The translations under genes were made by a program, and so were the position numbers. The notes beneath the pieces are model-generated. The model was not told where the DNA came from. It worked only from the letters and a program-made list of their open reading frames with translations, and did no database searches. 64,000 nucleotides of DNA, from the IMG/VR virus record IMGVR_UViG_3300036770_007539, positions 237,008 through 301,007 of that record; one strand, given 5' to 3'. The stretch's first letter is position 1, and the number at the start of each line of letters is the position of its first letter. Below are positions 39,748 through 48,513 of this stretch, in pieces.

Positions 39748-40131
39748 ATGTCGAATGATGACCGTATCGAGCGATTTGCTCGCTCGATCGCCTTGAAGCT
39801 GTACAACGATTCATGGTCCGAGAACGACCTCAAGTACTTTCTCGTACCCCGCCCGCCGCCTGCGTGGGTGGTTTGCAATGTTGCAGCTTCCAATGCGTTC
39901 ATTAGAGGCGGCGAACCTCTGGATCGAGAGGGCATGATCGCTCTTGCTGGTGATTGTGCAAGGAAAATCTTTGCAATCTTCCAGGAGGAGATGTTCATAG
40001 ATTCGGAGGTGACTGTTCCATCTCCCCTCTACCAGCAGGAAGATATCGAGCAGGCGATCTTGACCATCCCTGCGAGGGTGGACGAGGCTCTCGAAGAAGC
40101 GAAGAAACCCCCGATTCGTGCCATCGCATGA
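39748..40131 (+). CDS. Hypothetical protein
   Basis: RBS after a structured leader. Confidence 0.6.
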   Translation: MSNDDRIERFARSIALKLYNDSWSENDLKYFLVPRPPPAWVVCNVAASNAFIRGGEPLDREGMIALAGDCARKIFAIFQEEMFIDSEVTVPSPLYQQEDIEQAILTIPARVDEALEEAKKPPIRAIA

Positions 40132-40293
40132 GTTTGGTGTGGTATCGTCCCTGGCTCCCCTCTTCGGAGGGTCAAGCCGGAGGCACCCCTTCGGGTGAAT
40201 ATCTTTGGAGCCTGCTTGCAAGTTTCTTGTAGGCAGGTTCGAGGGATTATCTCTCGACCGATACCGGACGGATATCCGGCAAAGGGAGACATC

Positions 40294-40629
40294 ATGTACG
40301 ATGATGATGTGCTCGAAGCTCTGCTGGTGCTCTTGACTGAGCATCAGCGGTTGGAGAGGCTTCTGAACGCTCAGAAGTCTCGTGGGATCGCCTTCGAATG
40401 CCTTCTCCGCCAGCAGAAAGCTGTCGAGAAGGCTCTCTTCTCTCGCACGATGCGGGGGAAGATTCGCCGCCAGCTCCGCGACGCCGCCGACAAGGCGGCA
40501 GTCGAGAAGATGCACGCAGCCGCCGCCAAGAAGCTGCGAGAGGCAGAAGCTGAGAAGCGTTGGGAGGCGGAGGAGCGAATGAAGCAAACGTGGCGAGAGC
40601 TTGGCGCGGTCGCCGCCAAATTTCCGTAG
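40294..40629 (+). CDS. Coiled-coil hypothetical protein
   Basis: GGGAG RBS; Glu/Lys/Arg/Ala-rich. Confidence 0.6.
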   Translation: MYDDDVLEALLVLLTEHQRLERLLNAQKSRGIAFECLLRQQKAVEKALFSRTMRGKIRRQLRDAADKAAVEKMHAAAAKKLREAEAEKRWEAEERMKQTWRELGAVAAKFP

Positions 40630-40795
40630 TGTTCTAGATCGAATCCGTCCCATCGCGTTCCCCTTCGGGGTGAGCGCGATGGGGCGACCCTTCATGGGAA
40701 TATCTTTGGAAGCTACCTGCAAGTTTCTTGCAGGTAGCTTCGAGGGATTGTCCCTTGATTGAAACCAGGCAAATACCTGGTCTTTTGGAGGCATC

Positions 40796-41086
40796 ATGGG
40801 CATCATCATCGAAGTTGTGAACCACCCCTCTGCTAACGAAAAAACAAAATGGTGGATGATTGAGACGTTGGAGAACGTCTTCAACATCTCCTTGACTGCT
40901 GAGGAGGATCGCCAGTTGGATATGGTGATGGAGAATTTGCCCGTGGGAGGTACGATTCGTATCTCTCACGACAGTCTTCCTGTGGAGTACTTACTTCACC
41001 GAGCGCAGGAACGAGACGTTCCTTACTCTTGCGGTGAGGAATGCTGCGGAATCGAATCCTACGAATGGGTTCGGTTGTTGACATGA
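40796..41086 (+). CDS. Hypothetical protein with CGEECCG motif
   Basis: GGAGG RBS; paralog of 34899..35111. Confidence 0.65.
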   Translation: MGIIIEVVNHPSANEKTKWWMIETLENVFNISLTAEEDRQLDMVMENLPVGGTIRISHDSLPVEYLLHRAQERDVPYSCGEECCGIESYEWVRLLT

Positions 41087-41206
41087 CTTGGGAGGATCTT
41101 GGGGGAGTGGCAACGTTGCTGCTCCTCTTTCTGATGGTTCTCTTTGCGTGAAGTCCTGTCCGGGGCGAGGTTGAGCCGAAAGGTTCCCTCGTTCCGGGTC
41201 TTTTCT

Positions 41207-41444
41207 GCGCTACACTGGCTATTTCTTTGGAGATCATGCATGTTCAGATTCTTTTTTGTAATCAAAATCTTTCAGTGTTTTTCCTTTTTCTTTTTTCACA
41301 ACATAAGAGAAATAAACAACAATGATAAATGTGGTTTCAATAAACGATTTCTAACGATCATTTCTTTTCAAAGAGACATGAATGTTCAGAGCCTATGCAG
41401 CCCTGATTGTGTTATCAAACGTTCGTTTAGTTCTTAGCTAGGGC
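41207..41444. repeat. AT-rich spacer element 3
   Basis: GCGCTACACTGGCT ... AGCCTATGCAGC ... GCTAGGGC. Confidence 0.75.
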
Positions 41445-41479
41445 ATAAAGCGCGTTAGATCGTGAATATAGGCGTGCGC

Positions 41480-41595
41480 TTGACAAGTAGCTGATCGTTG
41501 CTAGTATGTAGGGTGTGAGAGGGAGAGTGTGAACGGAAACGCTAGCAAGCGCGAACGGGCTAGCGGTTGACAACGGCTCGAGCGTGGTGTATACT
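41480..41595 (+). promoter_or_regulatory. Tandem sigma70-like promoters, unit 4
   Basis: TTGACA 41480-N16-TAGTAT; TTGACA 41567-N17-TATACT. Confidence 0.8.
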
Positions 41596-41615
41596 GCATC
41601 ACGGTAGGAGGAAGC

Positions 41616-41789
41616 ATGTACGTCATTCAGGTAGGCAGGGGACCCAAGGGTTCGTATCGTACCCGCTACACGTTCAGTGCGGAGGATTGGACCAAAGCAA
41701 GCTTCTACTACGCTTGCATCAATGTGGGGTACGGGTACAAGAAGCGCCTTGTGCGCGATGGCAAGGTGATCGCACGCTGCTACAGCTGA
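41616..41789 (+). CDS. 57 aa basic protein (MYVIQVGRGPKGSY...)
   Basis: AGGAGG RBS; hand-translated, below the ORF-track cutoff. Confidence 0.6.
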   Translation: MYVIQVGRGPKGSYRTRYTFSAEDWTKASFYYACINVGYGYKKRLVRDGKVIARCYS

Positions 41790-41803
41790 AAGGACAAGTG
41801 AGC

Positions 41804-41959
41804 ATGAAAGTAACGCCTGCAATCGTCAAGGCTCAGATTCGTGCGGCGAGGGCGCAAGCCTCTCGCCTGAAGAAGATGATTGCGCTGCTGGAGCAGCGCG
41901 ACCGCGCATACAGGCACTTGGAGGAGCTTGGTGATAGATTGGCTCACTTGAAGAAGTGA
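41804..41959 (+). CDS. Small coiled-coil protein
   Basis: AAGGA RBS. Confidence 0.5.
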   Translation: MKVTPAIVKAQIRAARAQASRLKKMIALLEQRDRAYRHLEELGDRLAHLKK

Positions 41960-42068
41960 GCCGGAATGGGCGAGCCCTTGCGGGCTCGTTCCCTGCAATC
42001 GGACCTGGATCGTCACTGATCTAGGTTCGACTCCAGGGAATCTTTCCTGGTCTTTCGGAGGTGTGTTT

Positions 42069-42530
42069 ATGGTCAAGGTCGTCATCATGCAAGGTGTCCC
42101 TGGTTCGGGCAAGTCGAGCTACGTCAAGTCGCTGCGACCCGTGGCGACGGTGGTCTGCTCGGCGGATACGTTCTTCGAGTCGTGGAGCCCGGAAACGGGT
42201 GCTACCTATAACTTCGACCCGTCCAAGCTCGGCGAGGCGCACGGCGAGTGCCTGTTGAGTTTCGTGGACGCCATGGAATATGCCAACCAAGACGGCGATA
42301 CGGTGGTGGTGGATAACACCAACACCACCGCCATGGAGATTGCACCCTACATGGCGCTCGCGAACGCCTACGGGTGCGAGGTTGAGATCGTGCGAGTCCA
42401 GTGCGACCCCGAGATCGCCGCTGCTCGCAACATTCACGGCGTTCCGCTGGCTTCGATCCGCCGCATGGCAGACAACATCGCGAACTTCCACGCCCCGCCA
42501 TTCTGGCGGTTCAAGCTGACGGAAGTGTGA
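42069..42530 (+). CDS. P-loop kinase (AAA_33 / polynucleotide kinase / N4BP2-like)
   Basis: GVPGSGKS Walker A; SADTFF; VVVDNTN; ARNIHGVP. Confidence 0.85.
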   Translation: MVKVVIMQGVPGSGKSSYVKSLRPVATVVCSADTFFESWSPETGATYNFDPSKLGEAHGECLLSFVDAMEYANQDGDTVVVDNTNTTAMEIAPYMALANAYGCEVEIVRVQCDPEIAAARNIHGVPLASIRRMADNIANFHAPPFWRFKLTEV

Positions 42531-42632
42531 ACTAGGACGGGCGAGCCTGCAAGGGCTCGCTCCCTGCAATCGGGATTCGATACGGATCGAATCTCGATTC
42601 TAGGGAATGTCCCCTAGCAACATGGAGGCTTT

Positions 42633-42890
42633 ATGCCCTTGTTCGTTTCTTTCGAGGATGACAACATCGACCCCACCTACGCCGACGCTTCCGACGCGGT
42701 GATCGTTTCTGCGCTGCACGATGCGGCGTTGGAAACCAATCCGTGTGTGGGTCGCGGAGTGCGGCATCGTGCTCCGGTCGCGCCTCGCACCGAAAAGGAG
42801 ATCATCGCCTTCGCCAAGGTGATGGGATGGCGAACGGAAGGATCGGGGAGTGATCTTGTGATCTACCCCGCTGTTTCCGAGGATGACTGA
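42633..42890 (+). CDS. Hypothetical protein (paralog of 47019..47270)
   Basis: MPLFVSF.D...DPTYA shared. Confidence 0.7.
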   Translation: MPLFVSFEDDNIDPTYADASDAVIVSALHDAALETNPCVGRGVRHRAPVAPRTEKEIIAFAKVMGWRTEGSGSDLVIYPAVSEDD

Positions 42891-42963
42891 TAGGACGGGC
42901 GAGCCCCTTGGCAACAAGGGGCTCGCATCTCTCGACACTCAATCCGAAACGTGAAAGGCTGAT

Positions 42964-43128
42964 GTGGATCCGAAAGAAAAAAAGCAATCTATGTTGGACC
43001 GAATGAACGCGAATAACGCGGAGATTCATCGGAAGATGAAAGAAGCTGCGGAGAAGAATGGGGAAATGGATTCCTCGCTGCGCGAGGCTATTCTCAAGAT
43101 CGGAGCAAAACCCTCTTCGGAGGGTTGA
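42964..43128 (+). CDS. 54 aa hypothetical protein
   Basis: Hand-translated; ends PSSEG inside a repeat hairpin. Confidence 0.45.
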   Translation: MDPKEKKQSMLDRMNANNAEIHRKMKEAAEKNGEMDSSLREAILKIGAKPSSEG

Positions 43129-43185
43129 GCGCGGGCACCAATCGCCGCAAGGTGCGGCGATGATCAAACGTGAAAGGCTGGAATA

Positions 43186-43443
43186 ATGTTCTCGTTGAAA
43201 AATGTTTCAGTTCAGCGGACATTCATCCTGATGATCGGGGATCGTATTCAAGGCGTCGCCAAAAGCGAGCAAGAACTACGCCCCATTGCTAAGGAGGCGT
43301 GGCGTCGGTACGGGGTCGCGCGCCCTCAATCTCCCGGAAAGGTTTTCGTGGTAGAAACCACGATTCCCTTTTTGAAGGGAATCGAATGGGTGGAGACTAC
43401 ACCACCGAAGTTCGTGTGCGATATCGACCTGGATAGTGATTGA
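43186..43443 (+). CDS. Hypothetical protein
   Basis: 85 aa ORF. Confidence 0.55.
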   Translation: MFSLKNVSVQRTFILMIGDRIQGVAKSEQELRPIAKEAWRRYGVARPQSPGKVFVVETTIPFLKGIEWVETTPPKFVCDIDLDSD

Positions 43444-43526
43444 TCCAGGTTCGATGAAGGAAGTTTGAACCACAATGAGAAGCGAGCCCTCGCAAGGGGG
43501 CTTGCTTCCTAGACAAAGGAAGCTCC

Positions 43527-43988
43527 ATGACGTTATCAAGAGATGTCATGATCGAAGCATACAACGATGCGGTGGCAGCAGCATACGGGGCAATCCGTTC
43601 GCGCTGCCCTGTAGAACTGGCTACCGCTGCCGATCTTCTCGCAAAAACTTCACCTTCGGAGGAATACTTCGATAATCACGCCATCACTCAGCACAAGACC
43701 TTGACGCATCACGTCGAGTTTTATCGTGCTCAAGAACGCGACGACGACTTTTTGAATGCTCTGTTCGACGAGTTTGCCGACAATCACGACATGGATCTCG
43801 ACGACGACGACGCAGCTAGTTTCGCTCGTAGTTGTGTAAACAACTACGGCTCGAGCTTTCTTGTTTATCAAGAGGCGCGAGGTTCGTTTCCTGGTGGCGA
43901 ATGTACGGCGGGGGGAATCGCCTCTGCCTGGAATATCATTCGCGATCAGATCAAGTTTGCAAAGAAGGAAAAGGAGGTATTGCCATGA
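43527..43988 (+). CDS. Hypothetical acidic protein
   Basis: AAGGAAG RBS; 153 aa. Confidence 0.6.
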   Translation: MTLSRDVMIEAYNDAVAAAYGAIRSRCPVELATAADLLAKTSPSEEYFDNHAITQHKTLTHHVEFYRAQERDDDFLNALFDEFADNHDMDLDDDDAASFARSCVNNYGSSFLVYQEARGSFPGGECTAGGIASAWNIIRDQIKFAKKEKEVLP

Positions 43989-44398
43989 ACAAGTACGCCA
44001 GCATCAAGGAATACGTCGAAGCTCTCTACCGAGAGGGCAACAATCAGGTTGCGGATACGTTGCAGCGTATCCGTTCGGGCGAGTCCAACGACGTTTCCGA
44101 GGTTTTCAAACCTACGGAAGCTCTCCGAAACGCAGGCTTCGAGGTAATGCCTCAAGAAGTCACCGATCCGGTCCTGGAAGCCTTCGGATTGCGCTCTTTC
44201 GGAGAGGGTGCTTTTGCGGTATACGACATGTATGGTCGAACCCCTTATCACAAGCTCTCCAGTGCGGAGATTCTGGAGCGTTTCCGTGCCAAGACGGTCA
44301 CGCATGAAGTCGATGTTCTTTGCGAGTTTCTTCGCTACTATCTCGAAGGCGTTTTTCGTCGCGCCATGTACGAAGGCGAGCACTATCAAAAGAAGTAA
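43985..44398 (+). CDS. Hypothetical protein
   Basis: AAGGAGG RBS; ATGA coupling. Confidence 0.65.
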   Translation: MNKYASIKEYVEALYREGNNQVADTLQRIRSGESNDVSEVFKPTEALRNAGFEVMPQEVTDPVLEAFGLRSFGEGAFAVYDMYGRTPYHKLSSAEILERFRAKTVTHEVDVLCEFLRYYLEGVFRRAMYEGEHYQKK

Positions 44399-44525
44399 CT
44401 GAATCGTAAGGGCGAGCCTCTTCGGGGGCTCGCTCCCTGCAATCGAATATTGACTCCCGGCATGTTCTGGGATACAGTCGATGTTCGATTCTAGGGAGTT
44501 TCCCCTAGTTTCTTCGGAGGAAAGC

Positions 44526-44735
44526 ATGCGTTGTTTCATGTATGGCGAAGTTCACACGATGGACGGCAAGCGCAAGATGGTGCGACGTTACTTCGACGGA
44601 TCGGGGAACGTCTACGCAGCTGCACTTCAAGAACTTTACAAGCGTAAAGACAAGGGTTCCCCTTGGAGAGGTGATGCAGTCAACGTCATCACTCCTTTGG
44701 GACAGAGGGTGATCGTCGAAGTTCCTCATCTGTAA
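44526..44735 (+). CDS. Hypothetical protein
   Basis: GGAGG RBS after a switch-like leader. Confidence 0.6.
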   Translation: MRCFMYGEVHTMDGKRKMVRRYFDGSGNVYAAALQELYKRKDKGSPWRGDAVNVITPLGQRVIVEVPHL

Positions 44736-44788
44736 CCAATCTCAACACCTGGAGCATGTGTCTAAACTGCTCCTTTCCAAAGGAGAAT

Positions 44789-44914
44789 ATGTCCAAACGC
44801 AAGAACTCCGATGAAGTTCTCGAAGCTCGAATCGCTCATCGTCTCGCCATGATTGCCGCTTTGGAGGCGGAAATCGCGGAACTTCGCAAGCAACAAGGAA
44901 AGGATAACCAATGA
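44789..44914 (+). CDS. 41 aa coiled-coil peptide
   Basis: AAAGGAG RBS; hand-translated. Confidence 0.5.
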   Translation: MSKRKNSDEVLEARIAHRLAMIAALEAEIAELRKQQGKDNQ

Positions 44915-45189
44915 CCGCTCGATCTGCTCGTCGACAGCACTCCAAGTATCTGCGTGAGATGGGTGTGCCCTTCATCATGCGCCAGAGTCTCGCCAAGACT
45001 CGCTACCAAGGATTGATGGATGACCATTACTTGAGTCGAAAAACTCAGCTGGTCACTACCTACTACGACAGCAACGGTTGCGATTGCTGTCCTCCTTCCA
45101 AGATTCAATATTGGGAGGTGGTGGTGCAGAAAAAGACCTATCGAATCCAAACGGAAGATGGTCGAATCCAATCTTGCCTCAAGTTCTGA
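44911..45189 (+). CDS. Hypothetical protein
   Basis: ATGA coupling; 92 aa. Confidence 0.55.
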   Translation: MTARSARRQHSKYLREMGVPFIMRQSLAKTRYQGLMDDHYLSRKTQLVTTYYDSNGCDCCPPSKIQYWEVVVQKKTYRIQTEDGRIQSCLKF

Positions 45190-45237
45190 GGCTTGGGGAC
45201 GCATCTGGGGCTGAACGGTCCTGGGTGCGTCCCCGAA

Positions 45238-45489
45238 GCGCTACATTGGCTCAACAGTGATCTTTGCATGTTCAGAACGTTCTTTATGCAAAAGCATCTT
45301 TTTTCTTTCAATGATTGCTATTTCTTCTTTCAAGTAACGACATGAATAATCAATGAATGACAAGTATCTTTCAAACAAAGAACTTTCAAATCATATATCT
45401 TTTCAACCAGATCTTTGTTCGTTCAGAGCCTATGCAGTCCTGACTTTTTCACTGGCTTTTTGACGGTTTTCGTCCCTTCTGGCTAGGGC
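45238..45489. repeat. AT-rich spacer element 4
   Basis: GCGCTACATTGGCT ... AGCCTATGCAGT ... GCTAGGGC. Confidence 0.75.
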
Positions 45490-45522
45490 TAGATCGCTTG
45501 TTTTCGCGCATATTCGCGCGCC

Positions 45523-45649
45523 TTGACAATCGGCGGATCGTTGCTAGTATGTAGGGTGTGAGAGAGAGCACGAACGAACGAATGAACGAACGAACGCTAG
45601 CACGACGCTAGCGCGATGCGTTTGACGCGGCTCGATTCGATGCTACGTT
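45523..45649 (+). promoter_or_regulatory. Tandem sigma70-like promoters, unit 5
   Basis: TTGACA 45523-N16-TAGTAT; TTGACG 45622-N16-TACGTT. Confidence 0.75.
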
Positions 45650-45683
45650 GCAAGTGTCGCCGATACATGGCGAGGGAGGCAAT

Positions 45684-46157
45684 ATGTGGATTGACCAGCG
45701 CGAGATCGACCGAGAGAACGAGAACTACAGCCTGGAGTCGCACCAGGAGGTAGTTCAGGAACAGGCTCGGAAAGAGATGATCGCGAGCTTGACCAAGCTC
45801 TGGGAGGAGACGGATCGCAAGATCGACGGCAAACGCGAAGCTCTCACGAGTGAGAGCTTCGACGAATACATCCGTCGGATCGCAGATGATAACGCCTATG
45901 AGAAGCGCGAAGCTCTCTCGGAGAAGCTCGGACGCAAACTCACCCGTGATGAGGAGCACGAAATCTTTCGCGAGGAGAAGGATAGCATCATTCAAAAGAT
46001 CAATGGCGAGATCGAGATCCTGGTCGCCAAGCTCGACATGATCGAAACGCAACTTCGCAGCCTGGGTGCTCGCAAGGCACGTCCTTACGAGCACTGGAAC
46101 GAGGAGGAGCACATCGTTCAGTATCTGGAAACCAGGAACGACAACCGCGACTACTGA
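45684..46157 (+). CDS. Acidic coiled-coil protein (paralog of 53676..54170)
   Basis: Shared LGAR..RPYEH.NE.E..YLE.R..NDR C-terminus. Confidence 0.7.
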   Translation: MWIDQREIDRENENYSLESHQEVVQEQARKEMIASLTKLWEETDRKIDGKREALTSESFDEYIRRIADDNAYEKREALSEKLGRKLTRDEEHEIFREEKDSIIQKINGEIEILVAKLDMIETQLRSLGARKARPYEHWNEEEHIVQYLETRNDNRDY

Positions 46158-46212
46158 ACCCAAGATCCCGGCTCGCCCTTCGGGGCGGGTCGGGTTCGAC
46201 AACGGAGGAATC

Positions 46213-46485
46213 ATGGAAAAGATTGCACGAGTGGTTGAGCACCCCGAAGCCCAAAAGTACGACCTGCGATGCAACTATCATCGGGGCGTCCTGGTGGACG
46301 TGCCTTCGGACAAGGTTCTGCGAGGGTACGATGGCGGTCTGTACGCCACCGTGGACGGTGAGTGGTACAGCGTTCATCCGTCCAATACTTCCAACCTGAT
46401 CGGAGCCCTGGGTATTCGATACCAGCTCCGAGAGGAAGGCTCGGAGGGAGACATGATCTCCTTCCTGCAAGCGCAAACCGACTGA
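46213..46485 (+). CDS. Hypothetical protein
   Basis: GGAGG RBS. Confidence 0.6.
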   Translation: MEKIARVVEHPEAQKYDLRCNYHRGVLVDVPSDKVLRGYDGGLYATVDGEWYSVHPSNTSNLIGALGIRYQLREEGSEGDMISFLQAQTD

Positions 46486-46587
46486 TCTGGACGGGCGAGC
46501 CCGCAAGGGCTCGCTCCCTGCAATCGGGATTCGATACGGATCGAATCTCGATTCTAGGGAATGTCCCCTAGCAACGGAGGTATTGTG

Positions 46588-46908
46588 ATGGGCAAACTGG
46601 CAGGATCGATGTGGAGGATCAATAAGTCGAGCATGGTGGTTCCCCTCCAGCCTGTCGAGGACGCGGATGCGTATTGGTTTGGCTATGCTGAACTTGACGA
46701 GGGAGACACGGTAATCATCCTCGGTGAACCGGTCCCCACGGTCGATTCAGACCCCGCTAAGAAGCACCACAGCTACGTCCCTGTCGAGTTTCGTAACGGT
46801 TACGCGCCTTTTTTCGGGTGGCGCAACGGTTATGTGTCCAACTACAAGGGTTACATGAACGCGACCTACTTCATCTGCGAATCTATCTGGATGGAGAGAG
46901 TAGGGTAA
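46588..46908 (+). CDS. Hypothetical protein (SH3-like?)
   Basis: GGAGG RBS after a switch-like leader. Confidence 0.55.
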   Translation: MGKLAGSMWRINKSSMVVPLQPVEDADAYWFGYAELDEGDTVIILGEPVPTVDSDPAKKHHSYVPVEFRNGYAPFFGWRNGYVSNYKGYMNATYFICESIWMERVG

Positions 46909-47018
46909 TATCCAGAACTAGGACGGGCGAGCCCGCAAGGGCTCGCTCCCTGCAATCGGGATTCGACACTTGTCGAGTTTCGATTCTAGGGAATGTCCCC
47001 TAGCACCAAGGAGGCTTT

Positions 47019-47270
47019 ATGCCGCTTTTCGTTTCTTTCCAGGATTCCAGCACCGATCCCACCTACGCGCTCGCCGATGATGTGGTCCTCGTCGAGAGCA
47101 GCGACGACGATGACAACAATCCTTGCGTCGGGCGCTCGGTTCGTCGCACCGCACCCGTCGCTCCGATGACGGCGGAAGAGATTCGCGCTTTCGCTATGGT
47201 CATGGGTTGGTCATGGGAGACGCACCGTGATGGGACACTGGTCCTATCTACGGGCGTCCAAGATATCTGA
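47019..47270 (+). CDS. Hypothetical protein (paralog of 42633..42890)
   Basis: Same leader and N-terminus. Confidence 0.7.
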   Translation: MPLFVSFQDSSTDPTYALADDVVLVESSDDDDNNPCVGRSVRRTAPVAPMTAEEIRAFAMVMGWSWETHRDGTLVLSTGVQDI

Positions 47271-47389
47271 TAGGAAGGGCGAGCCCTCGCAAGGGGGCTC
47301 GCTCCCTGCAATCGAACCTTGATGCCGAAAACATCGGAGCTATGTCAAGGTTCGATTCTAGGGATGTCCCTAGTGTTACGGAGGTTTCC

Positions 47390-47848
47390 ATGAACGACGA
47401 TTATCTGCACGTCAACCAGTTCAGCTTCAACTTCCGCCAGAATCAGTACGAGATCCTGGAACTCAAGGGTGTCAACATCTACGAAGATAGGACCATCTGG
47501 TGCTCTCATGCCGATGATGGGGAAGGCTGGGATGTATTCATCTGCTACCAGCCCGAAGATGACGACAATACTGGGACCATCAATCCTAGCCATCTCAACA
47601 AGTCTTGGGCTAAGAAGTTCAAGACTGAGATGCAAGAAGATCAGGACGGTGAACCCGCTCCTTGGAACATGGGCAGGAATCTGAGCATGAGCGAGGTTCA
47701 AAGCATGGTTCGCTACTTCAGGCGAAAGATACTGGTGGGTGTCCTTCGGCAGAAACGCGACCGTGAACTCGGTTACTGTGACGAGGATCTCAACCGAGAA
47801 AAGTGGTCCAACTACTGGATCGGCGAAGGCTATACCGAATACTACTGA
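47390..47848 (+). CDS. Hypothetical protein (paralog of 52511..52957)
   Basis: Shared GEGWDVFI.Y.PEDDD, SWAKKFKTEMQEDQDG, MVRYFRR. Confidence 0.75.
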   Translation: MNDDYLHVNQFSFNFRQNQYEILELKGVNIYEDRTIWCSHADDGEGWDVFICYQPEDDDNTGTINPSHLNKSWAKKFKTEMQEDQDGEPAPWNMGRNLSMSEVQSMVRYFRRKILVGVLRQKRDRELGYCDEDLNREKWSNYWIGEGYTEYY

Positions 47849-47902
47849 AACAACGCACCTGGGCATGTGTCTAAACTGCCCTTTTCTTGAAAGGAGAATG
47901 TC

Positions 47903-48193
47903 ATGAACAATGATTTTCGTGCTTCCATTCTTGCCGCTCGTGAAGATTGGCGCATATCCAATCTGATCAAAGCAATCCAGTCTCATCTGGACGGTGAGGA
48001 AATCTATCTTCCCCGATTCGAGGAAGATCAGCAGGGCGGTCATTTCGTGCTCTCGGAATGGATCAAGATCCCTGCTTCCCGAATCATGAGAATATTGGGA
48101 GTCGACCATCCCCGCGATTTGGGATGGGGGCGTGATGGTGAACCACCGACTCCGAATCCTTCGGCAATTCCTTTCAAAGGAGAATGTCAATGA
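47903..48193 (+). CDS. Hypothetical protein
   Basis: AAAGGAG RBS. Confidence 0.6.
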   Translation: MNNDFRASILAAREDWRISNLIKAIQSHLDGEEIYLPRFEEDQQGGHFVLSEWIKIPASRIMRILGVDHPRDLGWGRDGEPPTPNPSAIPFKGECQ

Positions 48194-48390
48194 ACGTGAA
48201 TGAGTTTCTGAAAGAGGCATTGGAGCCGCAACCTCAAATGCGCAAGGGGCAGCATTTCATCAATCGTCTTACGGTGGTGAAGCCCTGGCTATCTTACAAG
48301 CTCCAGCAGACAGGCTTGGATCCATACTACGTTGACAGCAAGCTGCCTGCTGCAATCCAATACACCGTAGAAAACTGGGATCTCTTCTAA
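48190..48390 (+). CDS. Hypothetical protein
   Basis: AAAGGAG RBS; ATGA coupling. Confidence 0.6.
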   Translation: MNVNEFLKEALEPQPQMRKGQHFINRLTVVKPWLSYKLQQTGLDPYYVDSKLPAAIQYTVENWDLF

Positions 48391-48400
48391 AAGAGATACC

Positions 48401-48461
48401 GCATCGACTGGTCCGCACCCGCAAGGGTGCGGAGGAGGTTCGATTCCTCCACGATGCACTA
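48401..48461 (+). ncRNA. Anticodon-less tRNA-like element 5
   Basis: GCATCG/CGATGC; CTGGT linker; GCAA hairpin; GGAGG-TTCGATT-CCTCC; ends ACTA. Confidence 0.75.
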
Positions 48462-48513
48462 AGCACACAAGCTGTTGCATTGGGCAATTGCAAGTGCTTT
48501 CGTGAGGTGAGTC

